Source: a virus
IMG/VR virus record: IMGVR_UViG_3300036768_001133
Span: 1 to 64,000 of that record
DNA: 64,000 nt
Reading direction: 5' to 3' (one strand)
The translations under genes and the position numbers were made by a program. Position 1 is the first letter of the stretch, and every line of letters begins with the position of its first letter. Of the stretch, positions 39,401-48,700 are shown piece after piece. The notes below the pieces were generated by a model, which was given only the letters and a program-made list of their open reading frames with translations, had not been told where the DNA came from and did not search any database.

Positions 39401-42400
39401 TCCCCCACCAATAAAATCTAATATCTCATTTATATCTGCTCCATATAGCAATAAAGCATTGATAAGATTAGTAGTAAAAGCTGTAACATTTTGCTTTCCA
39501 GTGGCATTGTACTTGCTATCATCAAGTACGGTCTGTGTTAGCTTGTCTATGATAGGCTGTATATCTAAAACTTTCTCGTTAAAATGTATATAAAACTTAT
39601 TTCCCCTCTCTCCCTTAAAGCTTTTTAATCCAAAACTATTAGCAACATCTTTGTTTATTTCAGGTAAGACAAAGTCAATATTGTTATCCTTATTTATCAT
39701 TTTCAGATAACTATACACTTCATTAAACTTTACAAAATATCCTACTAACTTTTGACTACCCTGATTTTGTATTTGGCTGTTTATCTTGTTTAAGCCTGTC
39801 ATCATTCTGAAAGGAAAAGATAAAATAGCATCTTTCTGTTTTAACTCTGACAAGCTCTTGTCTATGTATTCTGTATATTTCTCCGCTTTTTCTAAAATCA
39901 AAGTATTATCTATGGGTGTGATAGATTTGACAAAGTTTTCTGACAAAGATAAATTTGCTTCCAAAGAGTCATAATACTTATTAGAATATACCAAATTTTC
40001 ATTATTAGGTATTTTTGCAATAATCGTAGCACTATCTCCGTCGTTATCTGAACCTTCTATGTATTGCGACTCATAAGGTAAAAATAAAATGTTATTCATA
40101 TTCTCTACAAAACCTACTATCTTACTATTTCTAAATGAAGCCCTTGAAGTTGTAGGAATACGTATGCTTACTACTTTTATATCTTTTCTGTCTGTACTAA
40201 TTAAATCTTTGTCGCTTTTCCAAAAAGTATCTTTTAGCTTTTTATCATATACAGCAGGACTTGCATAATCTCCAAGTTTGTAATGCACCTTAAAATCATT
40301 TGACATTATTATCTCCGCAGGCGCTATTACAAACTCATTGTCAAATGCTTTGCTATCTGTTTTTAATAATTTTATAGCTTCTATTAACTTGTTGCCTAAT
40401 ACAAGCCTATTAGTGTTTTTATGTCTAATTGTTTGCGTCTGTAATGGTCTTGCTATGAACCTATCTGCATAATCTTCTCTTATCTGATAGTAATTATTAC
40501 TATCTTCTTTTAAAACCATATCATATTTATTGTTAAGCCCATTAAATATCTTTATAGATGTGTAGTTTTTGTCTAAATCCCCTTCATCTATTTCATAAAC
40601 TATAAAACTCTTTTTAGTTATTTTCCCTGTTTTTTTGTTTTTAAATTCTTTTTCTATTCTTTTAGCAGTGTAACGTACTCTGTCTTCACTTGCAAACTTT
40701 TCAGCATAACTTTGCAAACGAAAATATTTATTTCGTTTTACTATACCCATCAGTAATAAATCCCGCAAGGTATAAGTATTTCCTGTTTCTATGTCTTCAA
40801 AGATATACATACCTATACCCGTAGCATCACCAATTACTTTTCTATCCCCTGCTACTTTGGGTATAGATGAACGTTTCATAGGCTTTAAGATAGCACTCCC
40901 TACTTCACGCTCATAAGTAGGTTCATATAAACTTACTTCTCCATTATCCTGTATCTTTGAAGCTATTAACTCATTTCCCCCCAAACTATATTGGTCACTT
41001 ATAGATTGTAATAAATTATTTACTACTTTACTCTTACTTTCATCATCAACATTAGTAGATAAACTATAGTTGTTTCTATATTTTTCTAATGCTCTATTAG
41101 ATAGCTCAATGATGCTTTTGTAAGTCTCTTTGCTCATCACTAAATAAGAAATCTGACTTGGCAAAGAAACTACATTCACTTCATAAGGATTTATTTCGTG
41201 TGTTACTTTGGTTACCTCTCCAAATTGTGTAGCACTAACATAATCACTTATATCTAAAACTTCTGAATTTTCTATCGCATCTGCATTATACTTTACTCCC
41301 GTATAAGTCTTTGAACCTGTTTCATCAGTAAGTATATGCAATAAATGCAAATTTATATCAAATACTAAATCTATATCTAACTTAAACTTTTCGTGTGCTG
41401 TATTAAAATATAAATCTCCTACCTGTTCCCATTGCTTTTTTATCTGTTTGTATAACTCATTAAAATTTTGCTTATTAGACAAAATGTAATTCTTGCCATT
41501 AAAAGCAATCCTTTTAGATGTACCTCTATTCTGAAGCAAATCCAGTGTTACTTTCTTTAAATCGCTTACAAGTTTTTCTGTTTCCTCATCTAAACTAATA
41601 TATTCCTCTCCCTGCTTTTTAGATAGTAAAGCCGTAGATATCCTTATAGCTTTCATACTATCTAAATACTCTTTTATTAGATCTTTATAATCCTGTAAAG
41701 AATATTCATAATCTAATAGCTTCCTGTAAGCATCAACTTTTGTATCTGCATTTAATTGATTTTTTAACCTTTGTAGTTTTTTCTTATTTACATTATTCTT
41801 TTTGGTCTCTTCTATTATCTCATTTTCTATTTCTTTTCTTATATCATTAAGTTCAAAAATAACTTTATCGTAATAATTTTTTCTTTTCTCGTTTAGCCTT
41901 TCAATAATACTATCAGGCAAAGCATTTTCGTTTAGCTTTCTTATTTTGCCCAAAGGGTCAAAGTCTTGCAATTGTGTATGTAAATTCAAAGTAGAGGTCT
42001 TATCAAATATACCTGTTAATTGATGAGTTATCCCTGCTATGGTGTTCTTGGTAATACCTTCCATATTGGTATTAGTAGCATCACCTAATAGCAAAGCAAC
42101 TAATGGACTAACAAACATAAAACCATCAGCAAGCTCTTTATTAGTAAGGGCTTCTGCACTCTTTTTAAACTCATCTCCTAATAAATTATAGTAAGTTTGT
42201 AGTAATGATGTTTCAGGATAAACATCACCATAAGTTTTGGCTTTTAAGACTACACGATTAAGGGTAGATACTACCGAAGGGTCTGCAACATTATGAGCTG
42301 TCTGTCTTAAAATAATACGTTTAGATAGCTCCGTAGGCTCTCTAAATATCTTTACTTCATCATCAGCTAAATGACCACCTACTAAAAATAACTCATATAT

Positions 42401-45400
42401 GCCTGATAAAATATCTAATTCAAAAATCTTTCTTGCAAACTTATTTTTTTCTTTATCATCTAATAAGGCTTCATCTATATTATTATTTAACCTTGATAAT
42501 ATTTCTTTTACTTTTTGTACTTGCTTGTAAGATTCTGTTTTTTCTGAAAAGTTGGCTTGTAAAATACTTACATACTGACTATATCTATTTACATAATCTT
42601 TCAAAGATTTAATGTATGATATAAGGATATTTTCTTTCTCTTTATAGAGCTTATCTAAAAGTGTATCTTCTATATCTGTTTCAGAATTACTTGTATTATT
42701 CCTATATGCAAAACCATATCTATTAGGCAGTAAAATTTTGTTATCTTTACCTATTGTGTAATGAACATTCTTTAATAGACCATACTTTTTGTATAGCTCA
42801 TTAACTATGTTTTCTTTTTTCTTATTAGAAACATCTATTTCATCTTCTATACTATTATACTTTTCTTTTATCTTATTCTGTAAGTCTTTTGCATTTACAT
42901 TGTCTATATCTACACTTATTCCTAACTTTTCTGCAAGGTGAATAGTATAAGCAGTAAATATATCTTGTAAAAGACTTTCTATGCTTTTATCTTTTAAAAA
43001 CTTGACATCAGCTATAAATTGTAATTTCTTATTACTTGGTGTATGTAATACTGCTTTGTCATCTAACAATAGATTGTAATGCAATAAAATCTTTTCTAAT
43101 GCGTTTATATCGTGAAAGGTTACAGTTTCTTCGCCTAATCCTAATTCTTCTTCTCCTATATGTCTTACTGCACTTGTATCAAGTTTTGTAACTAATTTTC
43201 TGCTTTTTAAGTAATTAGAAACACTATCCCCTAATTTATCTTTTATATCTTCTTTTAAAGCTATATGCAAATTGTATTTTCCAAAATAAGTAGAGGCTAT
43301 CTTATCGTTTAAATATGCTTCTTCCTTATTTTGAAACATCTCTATAAAGAAAGGATTTGGGAAAAATACATTGTTAAATTGAACACTGGCTTCATATTTG
43401 TGTATCTTAAAATTGTTTCTTTCTTCTATGGTTTCTTTACTATCAATCCTAAAAACAACAATATCTCTTAAATTATACAAATAGTTAAGGTCGTTTCTTT
43501 TTAAAAATGATTTTAACGAAAGTTCTTCAAACTTATCTATATCGCTTTGTTTTATTTTATTTTCTAATGCGTCTCTAATATCTTGTTCTTTTTCTACTTT
43601 TACATTGTTTTCCTTGATAAATCTATTCAGCTCAAAAACAGATGAAAAAATATCTTTGTCTTCCCTAATAATCCCTAATCTTTTTGTATTGTAATCGTGA
43701 ACTAAAAATATATCTGTACTATTCGTAATAAGCCTATACAAAGCAAAACGAGTAAATAACTCTTTAGCTAAATCATTTAGATTTTTATCCTTACTATCAG
43801 AAAATAACTCTTTATCTATCTCTACTTCATATTCTAAATATTTGTATTTAGCCTTAAAAATATAGCTATTGTTAGATAACTTATTTACTACTCCCTGCTG
43901 TAATTCAAACTCTACTTCATTAGATTTTAAAAACAAAAGATAAGGATTATCATCAGACATTGTGCTAATGTAAGTCTCCAAAGGCGATAGTAACTTTTGA
44001 TTTATCTCGTTTTTTACTACTCCCCAATTTGTATGATTTACTGCTTTATTAAATCTGTTTTGCCAATTGTCCTTACCAAAATCATATATACCATTTGGAA
44101 ATGCAGTTTGTAAATTTGATGATAAAAACTCATCTAAATCGTTTAATATAGAATTATATGCTTTATCTAATACATAATCAAGGTTTATAGCTAATAACTC
44201 ATTAGAGGTTTTAAGCACATAATTGCTATTTATCCATACGTTATTATAAGGCTGTACGGAAATAACTTCATTGATAATATTAAATAAAGCAGATTGCGAA
44301 TATTCAGGGACTTGTTGTTTCTTAAAGTGTAATAGATAAGGGTTAAATGTCTGAATATGCTCGTTATCTTTTGAAATAATTACCCTGTAACGAGTATCTA
44401 TATCTTCGTTACCAAAGAATAATATGCTATCAATATTACTATTATCTTCTAAAAATTCTGATAAATAACGTACTGCAAAAGATAACAAAGCCTTGTTATA
44501 CCTGCCAAACTTTTTTTCTAATGCACCCTTTATTAACTCTTCTCTCCAATTGTTTTTGTTTTCTATCCTATTAAAAGCAAAACGTAAAGCCTCTAATATG
44601 TATTCAGGTGAAAAAAAGTTAGGTAATAAGCTATTTTTTTTATATGCTTCCTCTATGATTACTCGTGTTACCTTTTTACCTTCTATCTCTACTTTTGTTT
44701 CTATAATATTTACATTTGGAATAAACTTTAATAGCTCTCTTACGTTTTTTGAAGTAAGCCTGATATTAGGCTTTTCAAAAGCTATGTCCATTACTTCGTT
44801 TATTCCCCGCTCATTAAAGTCTGAAAGCAAATCCTCTTCTTCCTCCTGTACATCTACAATGTTAGTTTCAAAATTGCTTAATTCAGTAATAATGTCTTCT
44901 TGGGTTTCTTCTGTTACTTCTTCTTCCTCTACTTCTTCTTCCTCTACATTTTCTTCTGTTTCTGCTTCTGCTTTTAACTCTTCTTTTTGTTTTTCTATCT
45001 TTTGTCGTTTTAATTCTGCAAGAATCTTGTCAGGAATTTTGTAAAACCTGCTTTTTGCTCTTGGGCTAATAGGTATGTTTTCTAATAAAATATCTGTAAT
45101 AGCTTTTAAAGGCGATACTTTGTATTTAGAATTCTCCTTGCCTGCATCTTTAATATATTCTTCGTGTGCTTCTTTGAGCTTATACATATAGTCAGCTACT
45201 ATAAGCATACGCTCATAGCCAACTAATTTTTCTCCTTTGTTATATTTATCTTTTACTTCTCTTAATATGGTATTTTCGTCTTTGCCTTTATAGCTATTTG
45301 ATAGTTTTGCAATAACAAAATTTTTTAAATTGTTTAATACATTATAATAGTCATTAAAATTGCTAATATTATTAAAAACTACACCATAAGCACTTTTAGC

Positions 45401-45760
45401 TGTAAATAAACGCTCAAACAAATCTACTTTCAGATACTCAAAAAACTTAAAAAACTCTTTCTTCCTATCTTCAAAACTACCATAATCGCTAAAAGCACTA
45501 TTGATGAAATTGTTAATACTATCTACTTTTTCTTTGCTAAAAGATTTTAATTTCTTGCCATATTCTAACTTCATTAAATTAACATACCAATCATTGATAG
45601 TTTCTTTGCTATTACTATTGCTGATAGATTGCTTATATCTGTTAATAACTTCTTCTGAAATAGGTAAATTACCTATCATTAGTATATTATCACTATCTTT
45701 ACGATAACCTAATAAAATATCATCTAATAGCTTTGCACGATTGATGGATAGACAACTCAT
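33479..45760 (-). CDS. Giant virion protein: two-barrel DNA-dependent RNA polymerase plus zincin-like protease domain
   Basis: RIPTTSRAS...GSDNDGDS (DxDxD, 40034-40048), ELSKR, LADGFMFVSP; HEIGH (37451-37465) followed by DEAIT; 4093 aa. Confidence 0.85.
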   Translation of the reverse strand: MSCLSINRAKLLDDILLGYRKDSDNILMIGNLPISEEVINRYKQSISNSNSKETINDWYVNLMKLEYGKKLKSFSKEKVDSINNFINSAFSDYGSFEDRKKEFFKFFEYLKVDLFERLFTAKSAYGVVFNNISNFNDYYNVLNNLKNFVIAKLSNSYKGKDENTILREVKDKYNKGEKLVGYERMLIVADYMYKLKEAHEEYIKDAGKENSKYKVSPLKAITDILLENIPISPRAKSRFYKIPDKILAELKRQKIEKQKEELKAEAETEENVEEEEVEEEEVTEETQEDIITELSNFETNIVDVQEEEEDLLSDFNERGINEVMDIAFEKPNIRLTSKNVRELLKFIPNVNIIETKVEIEGKKVTRVIIEEAYKKNSLLPNFFSPEYILEALRFAFNRIENKNNWREELIKGALEKKFGRYNKALLSFAVRYLSEFLEDNSNIDSILFFGNEDIDTRYRVIISKDNEHIQTFNPYLLHFKKQQVPEYSQSALFNIINEVISVQPYNNVWINSNYVLKTSNELLAINLDYVLDKAYNSILNDLDEFLSSNLQTAFPNGIYDFGKDNWQNRFNKAVNHTNWGVVKNEINQKLLSPLETYISTMSDDNPYLLFLKSNEVEFELQQGVVNKLSNNSYIFKAKYKYLEYEVEIDKELFSDSKDKNLNDLAKELFTRFALYRLITNSTDIFLVHDYNTKRLGIIREDKDIFSSVFELNRFIKENNVKVEKEQDIRDALENKIKQSDIDKFEELSLKSFLKRNDLNYLYNLRDIVVFRIDSKETIEERNNFKIHKYEASVQFNNVFFPNPFFIEMFQNKEEAYLNDKIASTYFGKYNLHIALKEDIKDKLGDSVSNYLKSRKLVTKLDTSAVRHIGEEELGLGEETVTFHDINALEKILLHYNLLLDDKAVLHTPSNKKLQFIADVKFLKDKSIESLLQDIFTAYTIHLAEKLGISVDIDNVNAKDLQNKIKEKYNSIEDEIDVSNKKKENIVNELYKKYGLLKNVHYTIGKDNKILLPNRYGFAYRNNTSNSETDIEDTLLDKLYKEKENILISYIKSLKDYVNRYSQYVSILQANFSEKTESYKQVQKVKEILSRLNNNIDEALLDDKEKNKFARKIFELDILSGIYELFLVGGHLADDEVKIFREPTELSKRIILRQTAHNVADPSVVSTLNRVVLKAKTYGDVYPETSLLQTYYNLLGDEFKKSAEALTNKELADGFMFVSPLVALLLGDATNTNMEGITKNTIAGITHQLTGIFDKTSTLNLHTQLQDFDPLGKIRKLNENALPDSIIERLNEKRKNYYDKVIFELNDIRKEIENEIIEETKKNNVNKKKLQRLKNQLNADTKVDAYRKLLDYEYSLQDYKDLIKEYLDSMKAIRISTALLSKKQGEEYISLDEETEKLVSDLKKVTLDLLQNRGTSKRIAFNGKNYILSNKQNFNELYKQIKKQWEQVGDLYFNTAHEKFKLDIDLVFDINLHLLHILTDETGSKTYTGVKYNADAIENSEVLDISDYVSATQFGEVTKVTHEINPYEVNVVSLPSQISYLVMSKETYKSIIELSNRALEKYRNNYSLSTNVDDESKSKVVNNLLQSISDQYSLGGNELIASKIQDNGEVSLYEPTYEREVGSAILKPMKRSSIPKVAGDRKVIGDATGIGMYIFEDIETGNTYTLRDLLLMGIVKRNKYFRLQSYAEKFASEDRVRYTAKRIEKEFKNKKTGKITKKSFIVYEIDEGDLDKNYTSIKIFNGLNNKYDMVLKEDSNNYYQIREDYADRFIARPLQTQTIRHKNTNRLVLGNKLIEAIKLLKTDSKAFDNEFVIAPAEIIMSNDFKVHYKLGDYASPAVYDKKLKDTFWKSDKDLISTDRKDIKVVSIRIPTTSRASFRNSKIVGFVENMNNILFLPYESQYIEGSDNDGDSATIIAKIPNNENLVYSNKYYDSLEANLSLSENFVKSITPIDNTLILEKAEKYTEYIDKSLSELKQKDAILSFPFRMMTGLNKINSQIQNQGSQKLVGYFVKFNEVYSYLKMINKDNNIDFVLPEINKDVANSFGLKSFKGERGNKFYIHFNEKVLDIQPIIDKLTQTVLDDSKYNATGKQNVTAFTTNLINALLLYGADINEILDFIGGGYDEETKRPNNTILRELSDAINIASMKGIMPIKMERVVDRFFKSKEELETDENKKKELINQKEFIKTLLDIAQQSLKLQKITNINRYKNNFEDYLDKIVGGLLAFQNSISVKNTFYGDTIQQIVSESYDKVSKSNNEVNFIENSSSYFLKSEFGKVQVLENASLLIKDLAEIYPYYREDSFRFLERIYNKEIKSAKSFFTLFNSFKNIYYDSLSLGYVIDNLDSIYVSDLKAFLDSNNLSNQEVYVNKYSTQVDRNNRKEGNRDIVEIIVPDGTNVNGVYYKVKYTLSELLDEIGNYAKNKGNILSFEGRYAYTQMLASFLEAVFKKQEDYKPLWSVFRIERDTFGSMMIERRKAITSLSEDEIIFSQDIFSRMPSGLLSMFDLYSVLTHKANSYRSIRGFLPSLVQKKYQDYAKEVASEKDKVKFFGGIIDGKAVFEDILVKSDKDISLTHTGQRVRNHMVYTSKSVYDLIKGRDKEARQADKERMVIYEEVSSSFGKLKSRLYPVETSIGNIVVRSRIPISLLSHFNTYAMSYLAFANVRDIASSEVVTSTEVIEETTKLQNQETEELYQLDGREFFPVFTRESNDELLLSNLKHSFLEFATDTLKKAGVEVKIENNASATWKGKIENNVVYFNIANIDLDTGFHEIGHYQVALLKKNFPDVYEELSNLIRNTELYKEVLRRYNEVYDKESDFVDEAITELIGLYNTKRYAEIQYKTGNFFGAIMSLIRNIIDKLNRYINDKLFGITDIEKKKIYHILNDYASNVLYGNVQITDDIRSNLSNTIYYKLGSSNFTNIFNALGYSTNEVTMSYLSEYAQEHREYYIDSFNNRQAYINLLGRPFDTNDKIVSITTSKGKVDMSWEDFKQTIKMNNEEYAKKFFYELQKQELNEVINFYKGIGNPIQKASELNKIIKSYEEKRQDVSDSDVNFSDYVLAKQQLKYLKLFPDYKKEDKIYLVNKSSSNEIAQLANQYDLLDDHTNIIVLERALPNGKTSYRLINIANKGYNWKDRYHQSTGFINKFSKMIEKFAYGLEGENYTLEDTLSYQTIILAKILLAKNANAQIGDLGLVKSLSESDSSFMIRKVFPNEYNERLRLLLQSNFQNKFVLNSLHLERILKDSYKIDDSSRLMPDYLSFLEGYYTNVSSIDTKDFPTFIEDYLLGKDTQTLLYAIESRIKQILKRYPNIQEEINYKNVYSDNLYLEFYYLVKTYFSLVTNNKDAYNSLDDLAKISSYITTDIENKNPYFNFLYEKYNNAKLLLKKKFDEYVRRVDNVFAEYKSKIQGIAFTNNEGKFYEHLFKYQDVVVNGKVEKFNTFELIKPIDPEWKQLNNAERKFIERYSDLLSELYLQAFKHRFGSEEGVLKYKEIEHIAKYLVPPMFKVDDFSLLSESAESSLQNFENILSGNQRTSKAKDYSDLPLMLYSMVNSLGSTAVRDGIIGKANGQLDINLNKKLSTDLRSILNFFYINTERYGILQDTKTAWNIARIMSKLRQIETGREQSNIIELIDSFAQKVLFNERIKFAKDALTRSIEKTGLIAESVSTLAALALNISSNTKAFIVSINKIIASTFAGRKDVFGTKELAKAVKILPFNMEKAFFLAEKFQFVNEDQLRWVVSKRIGTTQRDMFNTRAGMDMFFMGDKMSDMYIKLLVLTAQMIKEGTWEAYSLQEVNGMKELVYDKRKDKRANELKEYILENRIKQGLQGKGDLNDAYDANQIRRIELILNRVGAGLTEGSQVYLSSIPFGRALLKFKLFNMPFINNVLKPKGRNFNYKRLEVVNDKGKREVVELMPYEESIIRTLLRSLIIVLKTRNTRILKEQFSEEQMSSLRWAVSNIIYTMSMFLAFMMLDDEEKERDRDYVERRRFLFNILRNIYSDMNIFGVLSPTGIFNLNGLVSVKGVGNLAEATWYWLTLDFDKGFRKTMNSVGVLNSVEEFYKAFNGEGYHNLNKEIRKGLQEDEQRLKDDIDEWLEIE

Positions 45761-45772
45761 AATAGTATAGTG

Positions 45773-48700
45773 TTAAAAAGGTAAATCTTCTTTTTCTATT
45801 GTTCCTGTTTCTGTTTCTGTTTCTGTTTCTTTTCCTGTTTCTATTGCTGTTTCTGTCCTCGTTCCTGTTTTTGTTGCTGTTACATTTTCTTTTTCTCCTG
45901 CTTTTGATGTTTTACATACATTGTCCAAGTTACTTTCTTTAATAGAAATGTTAATCTTTATATCAGTTGGCTTGTCTGTTTCAAAAGTATCAAATATAGA
46001 TACCCCCTCTATAATTTGGTTTTCAGTATTATTCATTGCTTTTACATTGTCAAAACTAAATCCTGCTATTACTTCATATATTAACTCATTACTTTTTACA
46101 TCTTCTATTTTTCTCTTATTGTTTTCTGAAATATACAAGTTAATATATTTCAAATGATTAGCATAAATATTAAATATAGTATTCTCTGAAACACTTTTTA
46201 AGACACTCAATAAATCATTTCCTAATATATGATTTTCTTTATTTATTATTGAAATAGCTCCATATACATTTTCATAACTAACAGTATCATCTTGCTTCAT
46301 TTTCTTTAGTATATTAACATACCTTCTTGCAAGACTTCTTGCCGTTTTTGACATAATTTTTTTTGCTCTTTTATCTACTTCTTCTTCTTCTTCTTCTGTT
46401 TCTTTCAGTAAATCTACTAAAAATTTATTAAAACCTGAATCTTTATTCTTTTCTAAAATATCTTTAATGAAAATATTTTCAAGCGTATTTTCCATACTAA
46501 GCCTATTTTTCAAACCATCCGAAGTTATTATTTTAATAACTTCATTTCCCGACAAACCTATTCTTCCTGCACCAAAAAACTTAGCTAATAATTGTCTTTC
46601 ATATTCGTTTAATTGTTTGTCAATAATTGGTATTTGTTTTATATACTTAAAAGCAGAAATAACCTTACCTTTGTTTTCATCACTTAATTGGTCTATGTTT
46701 TTGGCTTTCATTTGCACTAATACTGCTTTTCGGTTTTTTACTGCTTCTTTTAAGATATTACTTGCCTTTTCATATTTTTTATTTTTTATCTCTCGATTGT
46801 AATTTAATTTTGTTTTAATATCTATAAATTGAGGTACATATAAATATCCATTTACAGAAAGATAAGGATAACTGGCTGAACTTTGTACATAATCCTTTAA
46901 TGTTGTAATATTTCCTGTACTTGCTACATACCTGCCAAAAAATCTATCATCAGGCGAAACTTCATATTGTATATCTATAATCTTTCCATTGTCTATAAAC
47001 TTGTCAAATATACTATTATTTTCATTCCTATTTTTACTTAACCTTACTAAACCTATTAGCTTGCCTTCATATTTAATATTTATAGCATAAAACTCATTTC
47101 TTCCCGTACCAAATACTTTAAAAGTATTTCCTTCTTTAATAGGCTCTAATGTAATAGATACATTATTTCCTTCTTCTAAACTACTTATGAACGAATTGTA
47201 AGCATCATTATCAAGTTTAAAGGTTAATCCTGTACTTGCTTCATTTACATATTCAAAAACTCCTTCATAAGTAGAACCATAGAAATATCTATCGAAAGCA
47301 TCAGATATAGCTGTTAATAGATTGTTTTCATCATCATCAGCTTTCTTTTCTTCTCCTTCTTCTAATTGTTTTAAGTCTTCATATACTCTATAATGTATAT
47401 CAAAATCCCCTAATGCTATATCTCCTACATATATTTGCCTTAACTTACCATCTATCGTTACATAGTTAATATTGTCTTTATCTCTTGTAATAGTACCTGC
47501 TTTAACTTTTGAAAATATAAAGTTATATATCTCTTTTATTAGATTTTTTTCAATATCTCTTATTTCATTCTCATTTAACTCTTCTTCTGTTTTTCCTCCT
47601 TGTGTTGTAGATTTAGCAGTTTTTGCTTTTTTATCTACAGCAGTTTTTGCTTTTTTATTTCTTGCTTTTTTATTTCTTGCTTTTTTATCTACAGCAGTAA
47701 CAACTTTTATTTCTCCATTTCTTTCTTTTTTCTCTATACTTATATTACTTGATTGCAATTTACCAAATTCAAGCGATAACTCCTCTTGCATTTTGTTTTT
47801 TTCTAAACTTGGAAATATTACTATACCTTCCTTATCAACTTCTTTGACATTTTTCTTTAAGTTATCTATAATACTATCTACTGATTTTACATAGTCTTCT
47901 TGTCCCGTAAAATCACTATTAACAACAATAATACTATGTTTGCCTCTTGATAAAGCAACATACAAAGCAGATTTTATTTGTTCAGCTGTAAAATCAACAT
48001 CTACATCTTGTATCTTTTTTGTATAAACTTTATTTACTCCTGATTGCAAATTATTGATAACGTTAATAGCTTGCATAAGGGCTTTTATATCTATAATTAC
48101 GCTTTGTCTTTCTTGCCCTTGATTAGGATATACTGCATTTAGTATTTCATCAAAACTATAATAAGTAAAGGCTTGTTGGTCATTACCACTTGTTTTATGA
48201 TGATATACTATCTGTCCATATTGCTCTTTACTTGCATTAAATTCTTGATTGTTTAAAAATACAATTCCTTGATGAACAATATCGCTATTTACGTTAAGAT
48301 GACTTTTTAAGTTTAGTCCATCAAAGAAATTGTTAATATTTATATTGTCTAATTTTAAGACAGCTAATACACGTTCTAAAAAGTTAGCTATCACTTCATT
48401 TTCAAAACGCAAAGGTACATTGACAGAAAAATTGCCTTCTATTAGATCACTTTTTATATTAAATATACTAGTGCTATTTGCAATTTCTTGCTCTCTATAA
48501 AATTGATGTCTGTCTCCTACTAATACAAAATTAGGTTTATTTAACCAATTTTCAGAGGCTAATGTATATTCATCAACAATATAGATTGTATTTTCTTTGT
48601 TTGTATCTAATCCTTGATAATTTGGCTCATTGTATTGCAAGCTGTTAGCACCTTTATAGGGCGATATAGTTTCTGCACCTGCTAATACTTTGTTATTATT

